Under the pieces are notes generated by a model. It had not been told where the DNA came from and did no database searches. It saw only the letters and a program-made list of their open reading frames with translations. Source: Eledone cirrhosa (Eukaryota). Taken from it: a DNA stretch of 64,000 bases. Positions 54,780 through 64,000 of the stretch are shown here, piece by piece. Every line of letters begins with the position of its first letter. Positions within the stretch are counted from its first letter, which is position 1. A program made the position numbers and the translations under genes. The stretch is from NCBI GenBank assembly GCA_964016885.1, contig OZ024740.1, forward strand, positions 86,118,001 to 86,182,000. Direction: 5' to 3'.

Positions 54780-55350
54780 TCGATGCAAAGACCGCTTACG
54801 AAGAACATTTTTGTTTTTATAGTAAGCTTTCTGATAAGACTGTATATTATCTTTATTGACAATTCTATACACAGCCTTTCTTTGCAATACTTTATCTCAC
54901 TTAGCAGATCTGTACTCGGCCTGCTTTTTAGCCAACTCGGTACGTTTCCTAGCACTACGCTCGGCTTGTTTTTGAAATATAACGGCTGAATTTGCAGATC
55001 TATACTCGGTGTGCTTGTTTGCCAACTCATGCCATTTTGAAGATCTATGCTCGGCCTGTTTTTGCTTTATTTTAGCCGAATTCGCAGCTCTATAACTGAC
55101 CTGTTTTTGTCTCAACTTCTCCCGATTCCGCATTCGGTAAGCTGCTTTCGCGTCCAATTTAATACGCCCGTCTGGCAGATTATTGGCACAGCAATGCGAA
55201 CAAGCTTGTGGGACCGCATGATTGTAATAAGATGAACTGCCCGCTACATCAAGACCCAATTCACAAGTCCGGCACTGCTCATTCACATCCGCAGTGGGGA
55301 CACCAAAATCGGTGACGGGTCCCGATTCACTTGCGGGATACATCACGAAC
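54780..55350 (-). pseudogene. N-terminal Lys/Arg-rich ~15-aa helical repeats of the RepHel protein
   Basis: YRMRNREKLRQKQVSYRAANSAKIKQKQAEHRSS..YRSANSAVIFQKQAE..KKQAEYRS. Confidence 0.55.
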
Positions 55351-55569
55351 CTGCAAATAAATACTTATTAGTAGCTTAAATAAATACAAAATAAGAGCAA
55401 ATAACATTGCTCATACTTATGTTCAGATATAAATACGCCAAGTTGCGATCGAATATATTGATAATATCAACATTTTTTAAACGCGCGTGACACCTGTAGT
55501 TGACTATCATAGTAAACTAAGTACATTAAATTAAAAATTGATATTTTTGCGCACAAATTTCAAAAATAT

Positions 55570-55690
55570 GAAATTTTACAATTACAAAGTTATTTTAGAA
55601 TACAATTTTACAATTACAAAGTTATTTTAGATGAAAATTACCAAATTTTACAATTACAAAGTTATTTTTGAATCAAAATTACAAAATTTA
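55570..55690. repeat. Short tandem repeats AATTTTACAATTACAAAGTTATTTT (x3) in the Helentron 5' region
   Basis: Visible at 55572, 55604 and 55644. Confidence 0.7.
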
Positions 55691-56972
55691 CCCTCATAAT
55701 GTGACTGCCAGATCACTATAAATTATCAATTTATTATTGAATATACGCTATGTTGGAGTATTTTAAAATTTTTTACAAACAAACATTTACAAACATTTTG
55801 TAAAAACGATAATTTTAAAAATATTTGTACTAACTTTTACAAACAAAATTTAAAAAAAATTATTTTTACAAATTTTTACAAAGTTTTTAGAAAAATTATT
55901 TTTACAAATTTTTACAAACAAAGTGCAGTTTGTATTACAATCCGAAGCCTGCCTATATTCCATTGCACTATAAAAAGAGGACAAGATACAAAGATAGCCA
56001 TGAATACAGTGTTGTAAACTGTACCAAGATTTCTATACTGTACCAGTGTGTACTGTACTAAAGTATAGTACAGAAAGAAAAAAAATGTGCCTTGGTAAAA
56101 TACAGTGTAGTACAGAAAGAGCAAATTGTACCTTGGTACAGTACAATATAGTACAGAATAAATCCAAACGAACTGAAAAAAAATGGTTAATATAAATTTA
56201 AAAGATCATATATAAATTAACAATATAACTTAACAAAACGAGAAAAATATTTTGATGATAACGACGAAATACAGGAGGAAGATTCGAAAGCGAAAGGATA
56301 AATAAACGTGCAAACAAAATGGCAGATGCTTTTGAGCAACAATTACTCTCGTTGGTTGATTAGTCAATAAGACAATGAAATTAGCCAATAAGACGATACA
56401 TTACAAAACATGTTTGGCACGCGATCGCCACGGCCAACGACACCCCTTAACATTTTTATTCACAAGCTACGCATATATGTCACAGACACGCAGACTATAA
56501 AACATTCTGTTGTTAGTCAGTGCGTTTCTAACAGATTGACGTGCTTAGAGACATATATACGTTTGTTTACTGGTTACAATCAAAATTTTGCACAACTTTT
56601 ATGTACATATGTAACGCACATATATGTTGGAGTATACGTAGGTATCCACATAAATATGCACATTCACATCGTATTTGTAATCGCCTCCTTCCCACTGTCT
56701 CTCTCCACACAAACACACACACACACATATAGACACACACACAAACATACACACACACAAACACACAGACACAAATTCATGTGTGTGTACATAGTCATAA
56801 ATTTACATATAACTACGTAAACAACAGCAAGTTACATGCATCGATATAGCTACACCGTTATATATATATTCCTTTAGTTTATGTTTGTTTTTGTATAGGT
56901 AACATTAATGTATTTCTCATCCAATGGCTGCAAACACATATGCACACATATACACCCACCCACACCCACACC

Positions 56973-57050
<78 letters not shown>

Positions 57051-57317
57051 ATGGCTGACTGATTTCACACATTTTTCTTTCCGTTCCTTCTTCTCACTCT
57101 CTAGCTTTCTATTTTATCTTTTGTTTTTGTTTCCTGGTCTATCCTTTGATGAAGGACTACAGCCCGAAATGTTACGACTTTTCCGACTATATATATCTTC
57201 ATTGTACTCTATTTTTTCCTTTATTAATTTCCGTTATATATATATATTCTTGGATTAATCACTACCTTGCCTTGATTAAATCTTAACCATTTAACATCTC
57301 AGGGTGTGTCATGTATC

Positions 57318-57380
57318 ATTATATTTTGTCTGATGAGGACGTACAGTCGTACATCCGAAATATGTATAATAAAATGTAAT
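57318..57380 (+). ncRNA. Type I hammerhead in a solo pLTR (about 57247-57518)
   Basis: ATTATATTTTGT-CTGATGA-GGACGTAC agtc GTACATCC-GAAA-TATGTA-TA-ATAAAATGTAAT. Confidence 0.8.
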
Positions 57381-57544
57381 TGATCAAAAGAACATCTATT
57401 TTATTAATATTTGTATTTTAATATTAATAACTCTGGAAAATTATTTTTCGTAGAGTGCTTCCAATCTACTGTAAAACTCATTCTTTGACATACTCACTGA
57501 ATCTTGTTTAACTATTTAATATATATATATATATATATAAATAC

Positions 57545-57681
<137 letters not shown>

Positions 57682-58261
57682 AAATCATATGTTATGCCTA
57701 TTAATAATATGTACGTAGTTATGTGATCAGCGATAAATTAAAAATTCTACGTGACAAAGGAGGCCAATGTATATATATATATATATAGATATAAGATCAG
57801 ATAAAATGAAACAAAATGGAAATCGTGATTCTCTGCCATATTCCAAGTAAAACTCTCATCATCATACGTTTATAAATAACTGATGGATTACATAAAATCA
57901 CTTTCCAGAATCGGAAAAACTTGTGGTTGATAAGCTAAGCAAGAGTTTATTAAAGATTCTGAACACAGGCTAGGCATTGATAGAAAGCAGATCAATCATT
58001 GTACAGTATATCTTCAAGTTGAAGACTTCTTCATCCATGGGTAACCTTCAACTGACAACCCATTTTTGATTAGAACTCTCTTTCAGATCAGCCCGGACTA
58101 AAACAAAGCTGAAAATAAATTGATATCAAATAGAAATATAAAATGAGAAATAAACCGAATTATATATATATATATATATTTATTTATTCATTTATATATG
58201 CATACGCACGCACGCACACACACACATACACACACACATATATATATGTACACACACACAC

Positions 58262-58330
<69 letters not shown>

Positions 58331-58566
58331 CATATATACACAACAGAAGCTAAAAATGCAGTAACAGAAATACTAGAAAATGAAATTAAAAAAAATTAAA
58401 AAATAAAGATGATCAAAAGAGATTAAAAAAAAAAGACAACGAACAAGGAATGATAAATGCAAGAGATAACAAATAAAAAAATACCTGAACATGTATTAGA
58501 CATATAACAACAACAAGAACAACATCAATAATGATAATAATAATGATGATGATGATGATGATGATG

Positions 58567-58644
<78 letters not shown>

Positions 58645-58772
58645 GTAATGTTAATCTGGAATCATCAATGGAAATACGTGATTGTTTGCTGAAAAATAAT
58701 TTCAGTTACATTATATATGATATATACATACATACATACATACATACATACATACATACATACATACATACA

Positions 58773-59575
<803 letters not shown>

Positions 59576-60028
59576 AATCCATCGGATTTATGAGGTTTTA
59601 CAAAGCGAAACTGATCAGTAAGGGCCACTAGAAGAGGTAAATATTTATATTATATTTTTTAATGTATTTTGAAAAATTGATTGAATTTTACTTGTTCTGC
59701 TTATCTTAATATTAAAGTTCTGGTGTATCAAATTAACACCATTGAACAACCTTGAATCATAGACAACCTATGTATTTCTAGGGGTACCTAGTATCCCTGG
59801 ACATATTAACTTCTACCTTTTTCTCCGTCCGTTGAGAACAAATCTGTTGCTTTACTTGGCTGCTATTTTTTTAGTAGTAATTGTAGACAGCAAGTCTTTG
59901 ATTTTCCCGCTTTTACTTCGGTCCAGTTTACATACGGGTCACTTTTACGACCTTTCAGACCTTTATTAGCTGGCAGGAGGTTGTATATTTTGTCGTTCCT
60001 CGGACGTTTAGCCCTAGGAAGGGAAAAT

Positions 60029-60110
60029 GCTTCTCTGATGAGCTTTGGTTTTCCATCATAAATCCATCGGATTTATGAGGTTTTACAAAGCGAAACTGAT
60101 CAGTAAGGGC
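60029..60110 (+). ncRNA. Type I hammerhead ribozyme
   Basis: GCTTCT-CTGATGA-GCTTTG..TCATAAATCC atc GGATTTATGA..CAAAGC-GAAA-CTGATCAG-TA-AGGGC. Confidence 0.85.
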
Positions 60111-60513
60111 CACTAGAAGAGGTAAATATTTATATTATATTTTTTAATGTATTTTGAAAAATTGATTGAATTTTACTTGTTCTGCTTATCTTAATATTAA
60201 AGTTCTGGTGTATCAAATTAACACCATTGAACAACCTTGAATCATAGACAACCTATGTATTTCTAGGGGTACCTAGTATCCCTGGACATATTAACTTCTA
60301 CCTTTTTCTCCGTCCGTTGAGAACAAATCTGTTGCTTTACTTGGCTGCTATTTTTTTAGTAGTAATTGTAGACAGCAAGTCTTTGATTTTCCCGCTTTTA
60401 CTTCGGTCCAGTTTACATACGGGTCACTTTTACGACCTTTCAGACCTTTATTAGCTGGCAGGAGGTTGTATATTTTGTCGTTCCTCGGACGTTTAGCCCT
60501 AGGAAGGGAAAAT

Positions 60514-60595
60514 GCTTCTCTGATGAGCTTTGGTTTTCCATCATAAATCCATCGGATTTATGAGGTTTTACAAAGCGAAACTGATCAGTAAGGGC
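60514..60595 (+). ncRNA. Type I hammerhead ribozyme (second tandem copy)
   Basis: Identical to 60029-60110. Confidence 0.85.
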
Positions 60596-60675
60596 CACTA
60601 GAAGAGGTAAATATTTATATTATATTTTTTAATGTATTTTGAAAAATTGATTGAATTTTACTTGTTCTGCTTATC

Positions 60676-60873
<198 letters not shown>

Positions 60874-61254
60874 TGATAAATATATACATATATCTATATG
60901 CTTTTGAGTGTGTGTAAATGTTTATGTCAGTGTGTGTGTCCTTGTTTGTGTCAGTGTGTGTGTGTATGTGTGTGTGTGTGTGCGTCTGTTCCTGTGCTTG
61001 TGTGTGTAAAGAGAAATTCTAATAGAAAATGTCCGTTTATAACTGCTTTATAATTCTTGATATCCTCGTATTTGTCTAGATTTCTTTGTGGTTCTAGTTA
61101 ACCACCCACTATCTTTCTCACTGTGTATCTATCTAATACTCTGTATGCATTCATATATATATCCTTTAATTCTTCTAATCATAGACTGCGGTCACGCCCA
61201 CACACACACAAACAGACACACACACACATACATACATACATAAATGTATGTATG

Positions 61255-61335
<81 letters not shown>

Positions 61336-61474
61336 ACAGAAAGTTATTTGTCACAAATATACTTGAACATCTCAATGAAAAGAATCAGAAAAGCATTTAA
61401 ACGTAGTCTATCTAATGACAAAACATTCATTACGAGTGGTGGAATTCAAGCTAGATCAACTAATATTGGAAATG

Positions 61475-61965
61475 TTGCTTGTATCGGCTCCCTGGCGGCG
61501 ATTTCTGGGATTCTGAAACCATATTAATTATCCTAATAATTTAAGACAACCAATATTGGAAGAAATTCCTTCATCAGAGGGTTTCTTTTGATATAGAAAA
61601 AAATATTCAATAGATCGTATACGGACCTTGTCGTGATCAAACATTGCTTCATTCGATTACCAAATGAATGTGTGTATATCAGGATAATATGACATGTTCG
61701 TAGTGATGCTAGAAATAGCACACATTATACCGGTCTATCTACTCAACTATTAATGAGTAGCAAAAACGTTCGTATTCTATCTACTGAATATTTTTCTATA
61801 ACGAAAGATCCCTCTGATGAGGGAATTTATTCCAATACTAGATAATTTCCATTGTTTGTAAATTCCAGAAACTGCAGTTCGGGAGACGATACGAGTAAAA
61901 CTTTCTAATGTTAAATGTCTAGCTTGTCTTCCTCCAATGAATGTTTTGGTAGCAGATAAACTGTT
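61475..61965 (+). mobile_element. Older PLE pLTR fold-back with HHR at about 61809-61885
   Basis: CTGATGA-GGGAATTTAT..GTAAATTCCA-GAAA-CTGCAG-TT-CGGGA; diverged inverted arm 61475-61625. Confidence 0.6.
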
Positions 61966-61981
61966 ATATATATATATATAA

Positions 61982-62369
61982 TATATAAGATCAAAATATG
62001 GTTAAATGAGTTCCATGTATTTTATTATGCGCATTTCAAAAACAAATATCATCATGCAATAACATTTGTGTTTTCATCAGATAAAATAAGAAGACATGAT
62101 ATGAAGGTTAAAAACATATGTTTATTTAAAACTGGACTATCCACAAGTGTTTTTAACCTTCATATCATGTCTTCCTATTTTATCTGATGAAAACACAAAT
62201 GTTATTGCATGATGATATTTGTTTTTGAAATGCGCATAATAAAATACATGGAACTCATTTAACCATCTTCTGATCTTATATATTATGTATACTCCAGTCC
62301 TACAAATTGTAGAGTGCTTCTTATCCGATACCTGCATTGCTTTATTGTACTACAATAAAACTCACCTCC

Positions 62370-62372
<3 letters not shown>
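61982..62372 (+). mobile_element. PLE pLTR fold-back, family H; HHR at 62176-62246
   Basis: Homologous to 29572-29935 with a different inversion point. Confidence 0.8.
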
Positions 62373-63326
<954 letters not shown>

Positions 63327-63327
63327 C

Positions 63328-63630
63328 GATATTAACAAATGGAAACTATATTTATAAAACCATATCTATTTTATTATACATATTTCAAGGATACCATGTT
63401 AAATTATGGTATGCTTCCATCAGACAAAATACAATATATACCAGTTTTATAAATAAATTTTGACATACCCTTTCAAAATGTAACCGTTACTTTTGGAAGA
63501 CATCAGGGATATTGGATTTGTTTATCTTATTTGTTAATATCGTATAATATACTCCAAATACTTGTCGAGTGCTTTATATCAGTTATAAAAATATTTGCTT
63601 GTTGTATCCCAACAATTTAAATAGAACTTT

Positions 63631-63633
<3 letters not shown>
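63328..63633. mobile_element. Diverged family D pLTR fold-back
   Basis: Homology to 12378-12540 and 12730-12831. Confidence 0.65.
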
Positions 63634-63679
<46 letters not shown>

Positions 63680-64000
63680 ATAAATTATCGAGAATCGCAT
63701 TTCGGCCCACGAAATAACGAAAAACAACCTCCGAGATGTCAGGCAAGCAAGTGCTCAATGATTCAGATGAACCAGATCTATAACAAACGTTAAAGGCCAA
63801 GCACACTGAGACGATGGTTAAACAATCATTTGCATAGCCAAAAAAAACGATCAAGTAATTCGGGTATTGAAAATTTACCCGGACCCTGGAAAAATCCAGT
63901 ATTTGGGTTTCTGCGGCTCCTAAATCAAGTACCGTCCGCTTATATAAATAATGTCAGGCTTCTGGTAAGATGATTGAACAAGGAAGCCACTTTCTCAACA

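Larger units (their letters stand above)
47715..56500 (-). mobile_element. Helentron/Helitron2-type rolling-circle transposon, decayed; exact termini not resolved
   Basis: Colinear fragments: basic repeats, Cys-rich pre-Rep domain, HUH Rep, Pif1 helicase, USP; AT-rich flanks with short tandem repeats. Confidence 0.85.

Overview
AT-rich, microsatellite-dense eukaryotic DNA, most likely a cephalopod such as Octopus (inferred from the SINE families and the (TA)n/(CA)n density). I found no convincing host gene: the window is almost entirely mobile DNA. It holds RTE-clade LINEs (one with three C-terminal C2H2 fingers plus a tandem truncated copy, one with a twin-priming-type 5' inversion) and four Penelope-like elements (PLEs) with coding remnants. 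About a dozen short PLE pseudo-LTR (pLTR) insertions sit in (TA)n tracts as fold-back palindromes carrying type I hammerhead ribozymes (HHRs). There is also a 485-bp HHR-containing tandem repeat (retrozyme-like), a 5.2-kb 30/31-bp satellite, tRNA-derived SINEs and MITEs. A decayed Helentron/Helitron2 has its Pif1 helicase fused in frame to a USP (peptidase C19) deubiquitinase domain with intact catalytic motifs. Boundaries were read by eye and are approximate; ribozyme folds were paired by hand, not computed.
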